Positions 28,493 through 39,535 of a stretch of 64,000 nt of DNA are shown piece after piece. The translations under genes and the position numbers were made by a program. Each line of letters begins with the position of its first letter. Positions within the stretch are counted from its first letter, which is position 1. Where the stretch lies: NCBI GenBank assembly GCA_965238175.1, contig CBDEGZ010000003.1:771885-835884 (forward strand). The letters run 5' to 3'. A model generated the notes under the pieces. That model made no database searches, was not told the origin of the DNA, and worked only from the letters and a program-made list of their open reading frames with translations. Origin of the DNA: Gammaproteobacteria bacterium (GTDB lineage Bacteria; Pseudomonadota; Gammaproteobacteria; CAJXQU01).

Positions 28493-29542
28493 ATGATGCA
28501 ACGCACAAATAATATGAGAAAACCTGAAGTTGAGCACAAACCGATCAATTTGGCGCTCCAGGGGGGAGGTGCGCATGGCGCATTCACATGGGGAGTGCTT
28601 GATCGCCTCCTTGAAGCCGATTGTTTTTATATAGAAGGGATAAGTGGGACCAGTGCTGGAGCTATGAATGCAACGGTGATGGCATACGGGTATTTGTTGG
28701 GAGGTCGGGAAGGAGCACGAGAAAAGTTGGCGGAATTTTGGCATGAGCTTACAAGGAAGAGTTTCAGTGACGTGCATAGCCTTGGATATGATAAACTTCC
28801 CGGGGTGGATTTATCTCCCTCGTTTGCCATTTTCCGATCTCTTGGTTGGTTTCTATCACCATACCAGTTTAACCCACTTGCTTTTGATCCATTACGGGAT
28901 ATTGTCGAAAAGGTGATCGATTTTGAACACTTGCAAAAAGAAAATCCCATCAAATTATTTATCGCGACAACACAGGTACGCACAGGAAAAATAAGGATCT
29001 TTGAGAATCATGAGTTAACCTCTGATGCACTACTCGCTTCTGCATGTTTGCCTTTGATGCACCACGCAATAGAAATTGAGGGCGAAGCCTATTGGGATGG
29101 TGGATTTTCAGGAAACCCTGCGGTTTATCCTCTGATTCATAACTGTAAGAGCGATGATATTGTTGTGGTTTTATTATCTCCTTTAGAGATAAAAGCGAAT
29201 CCAATGAATGCCGAAGATATAAGAAACAGGGTGAGTGACTTAAGTTTTAATGCTGCTTTTCTAAGAGAGATGCGAGCAATTGCGGACTCTAAAGTAAGGT
29301 ACGGAAATGGTGTTGTCACTTGGGGTAAGCTAGAAAAGAAATTGAGAGACACTAAAATACATTTGATTGAAGCTGAAAACCTGATGAAAAATCTTAGCCA
29401 TGGAAGCAAATTGGATACATCGCGAGCATTTCTGAATATGCTATTTGAAGAAGGACGTGATCATGCTGATAAATGGTTAGGTGAAAATTTTAGTGGAATA
29501 GGTTCTCATTCGACAATTAATTTGATGGAATTATTTGTTTAG
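28493..29542 (+). CDS. patatin-like phospholipase
   Basis: Oxyanion hole GGGAHGAF, nucleophile elbow GTSAG, catalytic DGG. Confidence 0.85.
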   Translation: MMQRTNNMRKPEVEHKPINLALQGGGAHGAFTWGVLDRLLEADCFYIEGISGTSAGAMNATVMAYGYLLGGREGAREKLAEFWHELTRKSFSDVHSLGYDKLPGVDLSPSFAIFRSLGWFLSPYQFNPLAFDPLRDIVEKVIDFEHLQKENPIKLFIATTQVRTGKIRIFENHELTSDALLASACLPLMHHAIEIEGEAYWDGGFSGNPAVYPLIHNCKSDDIVVVLLSPLEIKANPMNAEDIRNRVSDLSFNAAFLREMRAIADSKVRYGNGVVTWGKLEKKLRDTKIHLIEAENLMKNLSHGSKLDTSRAFLNMLFEEGRDHADKWLGENFSGIGSHSTINLMELFV

Positions 29543-29832
29543 TTTGGCTCAATCTCTTCAATGTAACTTCTGCCGATAGGCGTTTGAACGTATTTTTTCT
29601 TCCCGTCAATGGTTGCCCAAAAAAAGTAATAACCTTTTGAAGGTTCGGAAGTGACTTTGCCATCGACAACGATCCATTCTTTTACATGAGTACCATCCGC
29701 GTAGGTGACTTTATAATTTCCTTCAAGCCAGGATACGCCCAGGCGAGATAACTTATTTTGCTGTTCTTCAGAACAGCCAGAGAGAAATAAAACTGCTGTA
29801 AGTAGTAGTACTAGTTTTAAAACATTATTCAT
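29539..29832 (-). CDS. small lipoprotein (hypothetical)
   Basis: MNNVLKLVLLLTAVLFLSGC lipobox. Its 3' end overlaps the patatin gene's 3' end by 4 nt. The track ORF is longer at the 5' end. Confidence 0.5.
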   Translation of the reverse strand: MNNVLKLVLLLTAVLFLSGCSEEQQNKLSRLGVSWLEGNYKVTYADGTHVKEWIVVDGKVTSEPSKGYYFFWATIDGKKKYVQTPIGRSYIEEIEPN

Positions 29833-29920
29833 CTTTAATATTCCTGGAGAGTTAAAAATAGTCGATTTTGTAGCCAATTGCTGCTAAAATTCTGCCATCT
29901 TCGCGTAAATGGTAATTTTG

Positions 29921-30364
29921 ATGTCAAAATTCCTGATTTTGAATGGCCCTAATCTTAATTTGCTTGGAACACGTGAACCAGAAGTCTATGGTAGCACTAC
30001 TCTTGCAGATATAGAGCAGCATTTGAGAAGTGTGGCGAAGAAAAAGAAACATAAATTAGCGTTTTCACAATCAAATGCGGAACATGATTTAGTTTCAAAA
30101 ATTCATTCGGCTGTGGACGATAATATTGATTTTATTATCATTAATCCAGCGGCTTTTACCCATACCAGCGTAGCTTTACGCGATGCTTTTTTGGGCGTGA
30201 AAATTCCTTTTATAGAAGTGCATTTATCTAATGTACATGCACGTGAAGATTTTCGACAACATTCCTACCTGTCAGATATTGCAATTGGAGTGATCTGTGG
30301 ATTAGGTGTAGACGGCTATGAATTTGCTCTGCTGGCAGGTATTAACCACTTAAATAAGGGTTGA
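29921..30364 (+). CDS. aroQ: type II 3-dehydroquinate dehydratase
   Basis: [24 protein letters not shown]. Conserved aroQ-accB-accC cluster. Confidence 0.92.
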   Translation: MSKFLILNGPNLNLLGTREPEVYGSTTLADIEQHLRSVAKKKKHKLAFSQSNAEHDLVSKIHSAVDDNIDFIIINPAAFTHTSVALRDAFLGVKIPFIEVHLSNVHAREDFRQHSYLSDIAIGVICGLGVDGYEFALLAGINHLNKG

Positions 30365-30368
30365 AAAA

Positions 30369-30806
30369 ATGGATATACGAAAAGTAAAAAAACTGATCGA
30401 ACTGTTGGAAGAGTCTGGCATTGCTGAGATCGAAATCAAAGAAGGTGAAGAGTCGGTACGTATTTCTCGTCAGGGAAGTGCCGTCGCAGCACCAGCACCG
30501 ATGATGGCTGCGACGGTTGCTGCTCCAACACCCATGGCAGAAGCACCTGTGGCACCTGTTGTTGAAGATAACTCAAAGGCAATAACTTCACCGATGGTGG
30601 GCACTTTTTATCTTGCTTCTTCACCAGGATCTGCACCGTTTGCAAGTGTTGGTCAATCGGTTAAAAAAGGCGATGTGATATGTATTATCGAAGCGATGAA
30701 GATAATGAATCAGATTGAATCTGATCGTGACGGGGTTATTAAATCAATTCCTGCCGTAGATGGTCAGCCAGTCGAATTCGGACAACCACTTTTTATTATT
30801 GGATAG
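30369..30806 (+). CDS. accB: acetyl-CoA carboxylase biotin carboxyl carrier protein
   Basis: Biotinyl-lysine motif EAMKIMN and an Ala/Pro-rich linker. Confidence 0.93.
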   Translation: MDIRKVKKLIELLEESGIAEIEIKEGEESVRISRQGSAVAAPAPMMAATVAAPTPMAEAPVAPVVEDNSKAITSPMVGTFYLASSPGSAPFASVGQSVKKGDVICIIEAMKIMNQIESDRDGVIKSIPAVDGQPVEFGQPLFIIG

Positions 30807-30815
30807 AGGTTCGCA

Positions 30816-32159
30816 ATGTTAGAAAAAATTGTTATTGCGAATCGTGGAGAAATCGCGTTACGTATACTTCGCGCTTGTCGCGAAATGGGCATCAAGACTG
30901 TTGCCGTTCACTCCGAAGCGGATCGTGATCTAAAACACGTTCGACTTGCAGATGAATCTGTTTGTATTGGCCCAGCATCTTCAACTGATAGTTATCTGAA
31001 TGTTCCTGCTGTACTTAGTGCAGCTGAAGTGACAGATGCAGTTGCTATTCACCCCGGATATGGTTTTCTTTCGGAAAATGCTGAATTCGCTGATCGCGTT
31101 GAAAAAAGTGGTTTTATCTTTATCGGCCCTAAAGCTGAGACCATTGAAATCATGGGTGACAAGGTCTCCGCGATTAGAGCGATGAAGGAATCTGGTGTGC
31201 CTTGCGTACCAGGATCTGACGGTATTATTAATGACGATATGATCAGAAATAAACGACTCGCAAAAGAGATCGGTTATCCAATCATCATCAAAGCCACTGC
31301 CGGTGGTGGCGGTCGTGGAATGCGTGTTGTTCATACGGAAGCTGAATTACAAGGCTCTATCGCTCTTACCCAGACAGAAGCAAAAAATGCTTTTGGAAAT
31401 GGTGATGTTTATCTGGAAAAATTTCTCCAAAAACCACGTCATGTTGAGATCCAGGTGCTGGCAGATACACATGGGAATGTTATCCACCTTTGTGAGCGTG
31501 ATTGCTCAACACAACGACGTAATCAAAAAGTGATAGAGGAAGCACCTGCTCCTGGAATTACGCCAGAGTTACGTGCGGAGATCGGTGCAAGATGTGTTGA
31601 TGCATGTAAAAAAATTAACTATCGCAGTGCTGGTACATTTGAATTTCTTTTTCAGGATGATGAATTTTACTTTATAGAAATGAATACACGTGTTCAGGTT
31701 GAACATCCGGTAACTGAAATGATCACTGGTGTGGATATTGTCAAAGAGCAATTACGGATCGCTGATGGTGAGAAACTGAACTACACACAAAACGATATTG
31801 AGGTACGAGGCCATTCGGTTGAATGCCGGATCAATGCTGAAGATCCAAAAACCTTTATGCCATCGCCGGGTACAATTACTATGTATCATCCACCGGGTGG
31901 TCCTGGTATTCGTATGGAAACACATATTTATGACGGTTATAAAGTGCCACCTTATTATGACTCCATGATTGGGAAATTGGTTACTCATGGTGAAACCAGA
32001 GATGCAGCGTTAGCAAAAATGCGTAGTGCACTTTCTGAGCTGGTCATCGAAGGAATAAAAACAAATATTCCTCTACACCTGGATATGCTGGCTGATAAGG
32101 GGTTTTGTGAAGGTGGAATAGATATCCACTATTTGGAGAAAAAACTGGGGATGCAGTAA
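30816..32159 (+). CDS. accC: acetyl-CoA carboxylase biotin carboxylase subunit
   Basis: ATP-grasp and biotin carboxylase motifs across the length, about 447 aa. Confidence 0.95.
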   Translation: MLEKIVIANRGEIALRILRACREMGIKTVAVHSEADRDLKHVRLADESVCIGPASSTDSYLNVPAVLSAAEVTDAVAIHPGYGFLSENAEFADRVEKSGFIFIGPKAETIEIMGDKVSAIRAMKESGVPCVPGSDGIINDDMIRNKRLAKEIGYPIIIKATAGGGGRGMRVVHTEAELQGSIALTQTEAKNAFGNGDVYLEKFLQKPRHVEIQVLADTHGNVIHLCERDCSTQRRNQKVIEEAPAPGITPELRAEIGARCVDACKKINYRSAGTFEFLFQDDEFYFIEMNTRVQVEHPVTEMITGVDIVKEQLRIADGEKLNYTQNDIEVRGHSVECRINAEDPKTFMPSPGTITMYHPPGGPGIRMETHIYDGYKVPPYYDSMIGKLVTHGETRDAALAKMRSALSELVIEGIKTNIPLHLDMLADKGFCEGGIDIHYLEKKLGMQ

Positions 32160-32214
32160 TTTCAGGGACTTTCGAAATTAACCAGATCTTCCCTAATCCA
32201 CTTGCAGGTTTTTC

Positions 32215-33144
32215 ATGAACCAAATTAGCCACTGGGTTCAGCTGGTTTTTATCACTGATCCAGAAACTTCTGTAACTCTATCCGACGCATTAGAAGCAGC
32301 GGGTTCTGCTGCTGTTACACTTCTTGATGCGGCGGATCAGGCCTTATTCGATATTGGTCAGGAAGAAATTGAGTTATGGGATCAAGTGCGGCTGATTGCA
32401 TTATTTGATACCGAATTACTGAAATCAGAGGCAGATCTCGATCAGATCTTGCAGCAATTAAAAAATCAGGTTAAAAATATTCCACCTTATGAACTTGTCC
32501 CACTAGAGAACGAAGATTGGGAACGCACATGGATGACGCGTTTTAAGCCAATGCGGTTTGGTGAAAATGTCTGGATCTGCCCAACGTGGGAAACACCACC
32601 TGATCCAGATGCGATCAATTTAATCCTCGATCCAGGTATGGCTTTCGGTACAGGAACTCATGAAACGACTTCACTTTGTCTGACCTGGTTGGCTAACAAT
32701 CAAGCTTCGATCAAAAATAAAAATGTGATTGATTATGGTTGTGGCTCCGGTATCTTAGCGATTGCAGCAGCCAGGTTAGGCGCTGAATCTGTTTGGGCCG
32801 TAGACATCGAACAACAGGCATTAGACAGCACAAAAGAAAATGCGCGATCAAATCTTGTATTGGGAAAATTGAGTATTTCCAGTCCGAATTTGGAATTGCA
32901 ATTAGATGGTGGAAATAATATAAAAGCAGAATTATTGATCGCCAATATTCTTGCAAATCCTCTAATCAAATTAGCCTCTTTGTTTGCTGACTATTCCTTG
33001 CCAGGAGGGAAGATTATTTTGTCAGGCATTCTCCAGGAGCAAGTGCCACAGATCCTGGATGCATACCAGTTGTTTTATTCTTTTACAGTACCGCAATATA
33101 AGAATGAGTGGTCATTGCTGGAAGGCACGCGTAGAACTCAGTAA
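32215..33144 (+). CDS. prmA: ribosomal protein L11 methyltransferase
   Basis: SAM motif DYGCGSGILAI. PrmA N-terminal domain. Confidence 0.9.
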   Translation: MNQISHWVQLVFITDPETSVTLSDALEAAGSAAVTLLDAADQALFDIGQEEIELWDQVRLIALFDTELLKSEADLDQILQQLKNQVKNIPPYELVPLENEDWERTWMTRFKPMRFGENVWICPTWETPPDPDAINLILDPGMAFGTGTHETTSLCLTWLANNQASIKNKNVIDYGCGSGILAIAAARLGAESVWAVDIEQQALDSTKENARSNLVLGKLSISSPNLELQLDGGNNIKAELLIANILANPLIKLASLFADYSLPGGKIILSGILQEQVPQILDAYQLFYSFTVPQYKNEWSLLEGTRRTQ

Positions 33145-33153
33145 AATCACAGC

Positions 33154-34164
33154 ATGATCACACACTGTCTTGAGTGCGACACATATTTTCGTGTCAGTGC
33201 AGAACAACTAAAAACAGCTAACGGACAGGTTAAATGCGGCTGTTGTATGAGAGTGTTTAATGCACTGGAATCTCTACTCGATAATTCTGAAAGTTCAGAC
33301 AGCTCGGATAGTACTGAGACTATCCATAAAGAAACAATTGGATCTGCCTTACTCGGAACTAATAAAGATCTACCTGTGCATGTCGACGAAGTATTTGTTA
33401 TAGAAGAGCATGAAGCCACAGTAGAAGAACTTCCTGAAGTTATTTTAGAGACAGCGATTGATACTAATGATACAAATTTAACTTTATACGCTGACCTTTC
33501 CGAAGAAGATGATGATATCGAAGAAGAATTAATTGCAGTGGTTGCTGGTATTACTGCTGATACTCAAAAAAGTGTCTACGCAGAGACGGAAAATCTTATT
33601 GGTGAAAGCGATGAAGACGATTCTGATGACGCATCGCTTTTCGGTATTACAATAGAAGAGGAGTTGGTTGGGTTAAATAATCCTCCTGAACTTCAGAAAC
33701 AATCAAGTTGGATATGGCCTGGTGCAAGTATATTCATGTTTGCGTTGCTGATTTTTCAGTTTTTGAATTTTAATATCGAAAGTATGTTAAAAAAATCTCC
33801 ACAACTAGAACCACTTTGTGGATTTTTGGATTGCCCCGTTGTAAAAGAGCTTCAAAATGTTTCAACTATAAAGTTGATATCACGCGATGTTCGCGAACAC
33901 CCTCAATTTATAGACGTTTTATTGATCAATGCTACATTAATAAATAGTACTGAAACGCGTAAATCTTTTCCTAAATTACAGCTAGACTTATACGACAAGG
34001 TTGGGAGATCGATTGGGGATCGTCTATTTCTACCAGATGAATATTTAGACAGTAGTATTGACCTTGATGTTGGTATGAAACCTGATTTGCCAGTTCATAT
34101 TGTCCTTGAAGTAATGGGTTCTGGCGAAGTAGCCAGTAGTTTTGAATTTACATTCTTAGAATAG
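33154..34164 (+). CDS. zinc-ribbon plus DUF3426 membrane protein (PA4851-like)
   Basis: N-terminal CxxC...CxxC (MJ0042-type finger), an acidic linker, one transmembrane segment and a C-terminal DUF3426-like region. Same position as in Pseudomonas, between prmA and dusB. Confidence 0.6.
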   Translation: MITHCLECDTYFRVSAEQLKTANGQVKCGCCMRVFNALESLLDNSESSDSSDSTETIHKETIGSALLGTNKDLPVHVDEVFVIEEHEATVEELPEVILETAIDTNDTNLTLYADLSEEDDDIEEELIAVVAGITADTQKSVYAETENLIGESDEDDSDDASLFGITIEEELVGLNNPPELQKQSSWIWPGASIFMFALLIFQFLNFNIESMLKKSPQLEPLCGFLDCPVVKELQNVSTIKLISRDVREHPQFIDVLLINATLINSTETRKSFPKLQLDLYDKVGRSIGDRLFLPDEYLDSSIDLDVGMKPDLPVHIVLEVMGSGEVASSFEFTFLE

Positions 34165-34181
34165 GTTTGTAGCTATTAAAA

Positions 34182-35171
34182 ATGATCAAAAGTACATTTC
34201 CAAAAATTGTTCTTGCACCGATGGCTGGTATTACTGATCGTCCATTTAGAATTTTATGTCGACAGTATGGAGCTGAACAAACCACCTCGGAAATGGTGTC
34301 TGCAAATCCCGCGTTAAGAAATACAAAAAAGAGCCAGCAACGATTAGATTATAAAGATGAGATCGGCTTGAAAATTATTCAAATTGTAGGTACAGATCCT
34401 CAAACCATGGCTGAAGCGGCACGTTATAATATTGATCAAGGTGCCGAAGTTATCAATATTAATATGGGATGTCCGGCAAAAAAAGTTTGTAATGTTATGG
34501 CGGGATCAGCACTACTTAAGAATGAAAAATTAGTAACGCAAATTTTGGAAGCCGTGGTTAATGCCATTGATATTCCTGTGACTTTGAAGATACGAACAGG
34601 AGTAGATCCTGAAAATCGCAACGGTGTTGAGATTGCACGCATTGCTGAAGCCTCTGGTATTCAATCACTAGCAGTACATGGAAGGACGAGAGCTTGTGCC
34701 TACCGAGGACAAGCTGAATACGAAACGATACGCAAAATAAAAAAGACTATTTCGATTCCAGTTTATGCTAACGGCGATATTTCCAGTCCCCAAAAGGCAA
34801 AGCAGGTTTTGGATTTTACGGGTGTTGATGGTGTAATGGTTGGTCGTGCTTCACAAGGTAACCCATGGATTTTTGATCAAATAAAATATTTTTTAGAGAC
34901 AGGCTCAGAACTTGATCTGCCTGGTATAGAAGAAACTGAAGCTACGATGCTTAGACATCTAATGAGTCTTTATGAATTTTATGGAGAATATTCTGGTTTG
35001 CGAATTGCACGTAAACATATTCGTTGGTATTTAGAAAAGCTACCAGATAAGTACCAACGGATTAGTAAAAATAACTGGCAGCAAATATCACGGGTTGATA
35101 GTATAGAGTCTCAGTTGCATTTAGTTGCTAAGTATTTTGAGGCAATAAAAATAAATACATTTGCCGCATAA
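34182..35171 (+). CDS. dusB: tRNA-dihydrouridine synthase B
   Basis: TIM-barrel Dus motifs (LAPMAGITD, catalytic Cys region). Upstream of fis. Confidence 0.92.
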   Translation: MIKSTFPKIVLAPMAGITDRPFRILCRQYGAEQTTSEMVSANPALRNTKKSQQRLDYKDEIGLKIIQIVGTDPQTMAEAARYNIDQGAEVININMGCPAKKVCNVMAGSALLKNEKLVTQILEAVVNAIDIPVTLKIRTGVDPENRNGVEIARIAEASGIQSLAVHGRTRACAYRGQAEYETIRKIKKTISIPVYANGDISSPQKAKQVLDFTGVDGVMVGRASQGNPWIFDQIKYFLETGSELDLPGIEETEATMLRHLMSLYEFYGEYSGLRIARKHIRWYLEKLPDKYQRISKNNWQQISRVDSIESQLHLVAKYFEAIKINTFAA

Positions 35172-35186
35172 CACCTATGGGCTCAC

Positions 35187-35462
35187 ATGAAGAATAAAAA
35201 AAATAAAGTGGAACAAGAAGACAATAGTAGTAACTCAGCGCTCTCTAAGTGTATTCGCAAAACATTAAAAACATACTTCAAAGATCTTGATGGTCATCCA
35301 TCCGGTAATTTGTACGACATGGTATTGGCCGAAACAGAAAAACCGATGTTAGAAGTCGTAATGAACGAAACAGGCCACAATGTGACAAAAACAGCAGAAA
35401 TATTAGGACTTAATCGCGGAACCTTGCGCAAGAAGCTTCAGAAGTACGATATCCAAAAATAA
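35187..35462 (+). CDS. fis: DNA-binding protein Fis
   Basis: C-terminal helix-turn-helix [21 protein letters not shown]. Confidence 0.9.
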   Translation: MKNKKNKVEQEDNSSNSALSKCIRKTLKTYFKDLDGHPSGNLYDMVLAETEKPMLEVVMNETGHNVTKTAEILGLNRGTLRKKLQKYDIQK

Positions 35463-35479
35463 CACCCGAGAAAATATTC

Positions 35480-37051
35480 ATGACGATCAAAATTAGGCGC
35501 GCATTAATCAGCGTTTCTGATAAAGCTGGTATTATTGAACTGGCGGAATCACTTTCTGATTTAGGCGTGGAAATCCTGTCCACTGGCGGTACGGCAAAAT
35601 TGATCGCTGATCAAAATATCGTTGTGAAAGAAGTTTCGGAACACACGGGTTTTCCAGAAATGATGGGTGGTCGTGTTAAAACCTTGCATCCAAAAATTCA
35701 TGGTGGGATCCTCGGTCGGCGCGGACAAGATGATGAAGTTATGTCTGAACACAATATTGATCCGATTGATCTTATTGTTGTGAACCTTTACCCATTCGAA
35801 GCAACAATTTCAAAACCGGAATGCTCTCTTGAAGACGCGATAGAAAACATCGATATTGGTGGTCCGACAATGGTTAGAGCGGCGGCAAAAAATCATGCAA
35901 ATGTTGCTATTGTTGTTGATCCAAAAGATTATGAAAAAGTTATCGAAGAAATAAATTCACACGACGGGATCAAAAAAGAAACCTGTTTTAAGTTAGCCAC
36001 AAAAGCGTTTGAACACACCGCAAGATATGATGGCATGATTGCAAATTATTTGGGTGCGATTGTCGAGAATGATAAGGAAGGCGGAGACAGGTCTGCGTGC
36101 TTTCCATCCACATTCAATGTCCAATTTAAGAAGGTGCAAACTATGCGCTATGGTGAAAACCCTCACCAACGAGCGGCTTTCTTTGTCTCTGAGAATCAAA
36201 CCGAAGCAAGCATTTCTACGGCGAAACAAATTCAGGGCAAAGCACTTTCATACAATAATATCGCTGATACCGATGCTGCGTTGGAATGTGTGAAACAATT
36301 TGAACAACCAACATGTGTGATCGTTAAACATGCAAACCCCTGTGGTGTTGCTGTCAATGAAAGTTTATTAGCCGCTTACGATCGTGCGTATCAAACGGAT
36401 CCTGAATCTGCCTTCGGCGGCATTATTGCGTTTAATCGTGAACTTGATGCTGAAACTACAAAATCAATTATTGATCGTCAATTTGTTGAAGTGATCATAG
36501 CGCCGGCGGCATCGTCGGAAGCCATTGAAATATTAAAATCAAAAGAAAATGTGCGATTACTCACCTGTGGTGAATTTAGTGGATCTGCTGCTCGATATGA
36601 TTACAAACGAGTCAACGGTGGTTTGCTAGTTCAAGATGCAGATCTTCTTTTACATCAAGATTTAAAAATCGTCAGTAAGCGTCAACCTTCTGATGACGAG
36701 ATGCGTGATTTATTGTTTGCCTGGAAAATCGCAAAATTCATAAAATCAAATGCCATTATTTACGCAAAAAATAATATGACGATAGGTGTCGGTGCCGGAC
36801 AAATGAGCCGTATTAATTCAGCCCGTATTGCAGGTATCAAAGCTGAACATGCAGGTCTTGAAGTTAAAGGATCTGCGATGGCTTCTGATGCATTTTTCCC
36901 ATTTCGTGATGGTATCGACGCAGCTGCCGAAGCGGGAATAGCAGCGGTAATTCAACCTGGTGGTTCCATGCGTGATGATGAAGTGATAGCCGCAGCAGAT
37001 GCAGCTGGCATGGCAATGGTATTTACCGGAATGCGTCACTTTAGGCACTAG
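35480..37051 (+). CDS. purH: bifunctional AICAR transformylase/IMP cyclohydrolase
   Basis: Full-length PurH (MGS-like plus AICARFT domains). Confidence 0.95.
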   Translation: MTIKIRRALISVSDKAGIIELAESLSDLGVEILSTGGTAKLIADQNIVVKEVSEHTGFPEMMGGRVKTLHPKIHGGILGRRGQDDEVMSEHNIDPIDLIVVNLYPFEATISKPECSLEDAIENIDIGGPTMVRAAAKNHANVAIVVDPKDYEKVIEEINSHDGIKKETCFKLATKAFEHTARYDGMIANYLGAIVENDKEGGDRSACFPSTFNVQFKKVQTMRYGENPHQRAAFFVSENQTEASISTAKQIQGKALSYNNIADTDAALECVKQFEQPTCVIVKHANPCGVAVNESLLAAYDRAYQTDPESAFGGIIAFNRELDAETTKSIIDRQFVEVIIAPAASSEAIEILKSKENVRLLTCGEFSGSAARYDYKRVNGGLLVQDADLLLHQDLKIVSKRQPSDDEMRDLLFAWKIAKFIKSNAIIYAKNNMTIGVGAGQMSRINSARIAGIKAEHAGLEVKGSAMASDAFFPFRDGIDAAAEAGIAAVIQPGGSMRDDEVIAAADAAGMAMVFTGMRHFRH

Positions 37052-37069
37052 ATCAATAGGAAATAGCAC

Positions 37070-38359
37070 ATGAAAATTTTGATCATAGGCGGCGGCGGAA
37101 GAGAACATGCGCTGGCATGGAAAGCAGCTCAGTCGAATTGTGTAGAACATGTCTTCGTTGCACCCGGAAATGCAGGAACTTACCGAGAAGACAAAGTCAG
37201 CAACGTTAATATTGGTGCTGAAGATCTTTCTGGTTTAAAAGATTTCGCTCTAAAAAATAGAATTGATCTGACAATCGTCGGGCCAGAAGCGCCACTTTGC
37301 ATGGGTATTGTAGATCAATTTGAAGCAGTAAATCTTAAATGTTTTGGTCCAACAGCTTCTGCTGCAATCCTTGAAGGATCAAAAACCTTTGCGAAGAATT
37401 TTATGTTCCGTCATGGGATCCCGACAGCTGCAAGTGAAACTTTCACAGAAACAGATCCTGCTATCGAGCGAATTAAAAACAAAGGCGTTCCTATCGTTGT
37501 AAAAGCGGATGGGCTGGCTGCTGGTAAAGGTGTTGTAATTGCACAAACAGAAGCCGAGGCAATCCAAGCTGTCAAAGATATGTTGGCCGGAAATGCTTTT
37601 GGAGAGGCTGGTCACTCCGTCGTAATCGAAGAATTTTTAACCGGTGAAGAAGCCAGCTTTATTGTGATGACGGATGGGAAAACGATTTTACCCCTGGCGA
37701 CATCGCAAGATCATAAAGCCAGAGATGAAGGTGATACTGGACCCAATACGGGTGGCATGGGGGCTTATTCTCCAGCGCCAGTGGTAACACCTGAATTGCA
37801 TGATCGAATTATGAATGAGGTTATAAAGCCAGTTGTGGATGGTATGGCTGTTGAAGGGTGTACCTACAAGGGGTTTCTATATGCCGGCATCATGGTTGCA
37901 GAAGATGGGACGCCGAACGTGCTTGAATTCAATTGTCGTTTTGGAGATCCAGAAACTCAACCGATCATGATGCGTTTGAATTCTGATCTGGCGGTACTGT
38001 GTGAAGCGGCGGTGGATGGCGAGCTAGAGGGCAAAACTGCTGAATGGGATCCTCGTTCAGCGCTTGGCGTTGTTCTGGCAGCGGAAGGTTATCCCGATTC
38101 GCCTCGAAAAGGCGATGTTATTAAGGGACTGGATAGTGATCAAATGGATCAATCAACGGCCAAGGTTTTTCATGCAGGTACAACTAACAAAAATGGCGAT
38201 ATCCTAACTGCAGGTGGTCGCGTACTTTGTGTTAGTGCTTTGAGTGATTCGGTAAAAGAAGCTCAACAGAAAGCCTATGCAAAAGTAGATAAGATTAGTT
38301 GGGATGGCATGTTTTATCGCAAAGATATCGGCCATAAAGCGATTACAAGAGAAAGTTAA
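37070..38359 (+). CDS. purD: phosphoribosylamine-glycine ligase
   Basis: ATP-grasp PurD motifs. Confidence 0.95.
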   Translation: MKILIIGGGGREHALAWKAAQSNCVEHVFVAPGNAGTYREDKVSNVNIGAEDLSGLKDFALKNRIDLTIVGPEAPLCMGIVDQFEAVNLKCFGPTASAAILEGSKTFAKNFMFRHGIPTAASETFTETDPAIERIKNKGVPIVVKADGLAAGKGVVIAQTEAEAIQAVKDMLAGNAFGEAGHSVVIEEFLTGEEASFIVMTDGKTILPLATSQDHKARDEGDTGPNTGGMGAYSPAPVVTPELHDRIMNEVIKPVVDGMAVEGCTYKGFLYAGIMVAEDGTPNVLEFNCRFGDPETQPIMMRLNSDLAVLCEAAVDGELEGKTAEWDPRSALGVVLAAEGYPDSPRKGDVIKGLDSDQMDQSTAKVFHAGTTNKNGDILTAGGRVLCVSALSDSVKEAQQKAYAKVDKISWDGMFYRKDIGHKAITRES

Positions 38360-38407
38360 AAAGCTTCCGGAGATTTTCATCCCCGGAAATTCATTTCGTG
38401 TAGCTCG

Positions 38408-38920
38408 TTATTTTACAGATGCTTTGAGCTGCGCGTGTGTAAATAGTTCGTCAGCAGACTCTAGTGGTATATGGCAAGAAGCACAATCAAGGTCATTTTT
38501 CTTTGGCTGTCCATCGGGTGTGTAGATTGCAAAGCCCCATTCATCAGCGCGGTGGGTTGATGGATATTTATCTGACCAATCAATACTTTTTTCCATAACT
38601 GCGACCGCAGCAAGAGCACCTTTTTCGTGGACACCATTAGCACCCATAATGGTTTTGCCGTCTGCATCTTTTTTGAATTTGTAAATTTCCATGATGATGC
38701 GTGAACCCGGAACCAGCTCATCGCCGTATTGAATACTTTTCATTGCCGGTTCATTCGCATAAAGCATGGCAACCTGTTTACCATTATTACGATCTAAAGT
38801 GGTGTAATTTGTATCGGTTTTTTTATAGTCTGTTGGAAAAGGAACAAACTCTGGGTCACCGCCAGCAAAAGCTGCTGTGGTTATGCATATGGATACTAGT
38901 GTTAACAATAATTTTTTCAT
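38408..38920 (-). CDS. cytochrome P460 / cytochrome c-prime-beta family protein (periplasmic monohaem)
   Basis: A signal peptide, a roughly 150-aa mature protein, and a single CxxCH (CASCH) about 20 residues from the C-terminus. That haem-site position is typical of P460/c-prime-beta proteins, not of class I cytochromes c. Confidence 0.5.
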   Translation of the reverse strand: MKKLLLTLVSICITTAAFAGGDPEFVPFPTDYKKTDTNYTTLDRNNGKQVAMLYANEPAMKSIQYGDELVPGSRIIMEIYKFKKDADGKTIMGANGVHEKGALAAVAVMEKSIDWSDKYPSTHRADEWGFAIYTPDGQPKKNDLDCASCHIPLESADELFTHAQLKASVK

Positions 38921-38968
38921 CGTCTTAGCTCCTCTTTTTATTTAATATGTTTGCATTTGTATTGTGTA

Positions 38969-38994
38969 CAATATAATTGCATGCAATTATATTG
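38969..38994. promoter_or_regulatory. perfect 26-bp palindrome, candidate OhrR-type operator, in the divergent P460/ohrR promoter region
   Basis: CAATATAATTGCATGCAATTATATTG is exactly self-complementary. AT-rich TACAAT..ATTGTA-like half-sites resemble known OhrR boxes. Confidence 0.5.
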
Positions 38995-39053
38995 GTGTCA
39001 ATAAATATGCTAAAAATGTCTAGCGATAATTTCAACGTTGAAGGAAAAAGATC

Positions 39054-39500
39054 TTGAGTAAACCTGAATATGATCAAATAAAGTTATCTAACCAATTATG
39101 CTTCTCTCTTTATTCCGCTAATAATGCTGTCATACGCGCATACCGACCTTTTCTTGAGAAGATTGATTTAACCTATTCACAATTTATTGTGATGATGGCC
39201 CTATGGGAAAAAGATGGAATCAGTTTGAAATCACTTGGGCAACAAACGCGATTGGACTCCGGCACGTTAACACCCTTGCTGAAACGCCTAGAGAAAAAAG
39301 GGTTTGTGATCCGTGCTCGTAGTGAAGAGGATGAACGTTTGCGTATGCTATCGTTAACGGATCGGGGTTGGGAGTTGCGCGACGAGGCGGCAAAAATTCC
39401 TGAATTAGTGAAATGTAAAATCGGCCTGCCTAAACCTGCTTTGCAGGAAACCTTAACTTATTGTGAAGAGATCACGAGTCAGCTTTCAAAAGATAGTTAA
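39054..39500 (+). CDS. ohrR: MarR-family organic hydroperoxide resistance regulator OhrR-like (2-Cys type; TTG start with AAGGA Shine-Dalgarno)
   Basis: NQLCFSLYSA with a reactive Cys near residue 16. Wing helix-turn-helix LDSGTLTPLLKRLEKKGFV(I)R.RSEEDER. Close to Xanthomonas OhrR, with additional C-terminal Cys. Confidence 0.75.
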   Translation: MSKPEYDQIKLSNQLCFSLYSANNAVIRAYRPFLEKIDLTYSQFIVMMALWEKDGISLKSLGQQTRLDSGTLTPLLKRLEKKGFVIRARSEEDERLRMLSLTDRGWELRDEAAKIPELVKCKIGLPKPALQETLTYCEEITSQLSKDS

Positions 39501-39535
39501 AGAAATGTTTTTCTTTAATTTAAGTTTTTAGTTAT

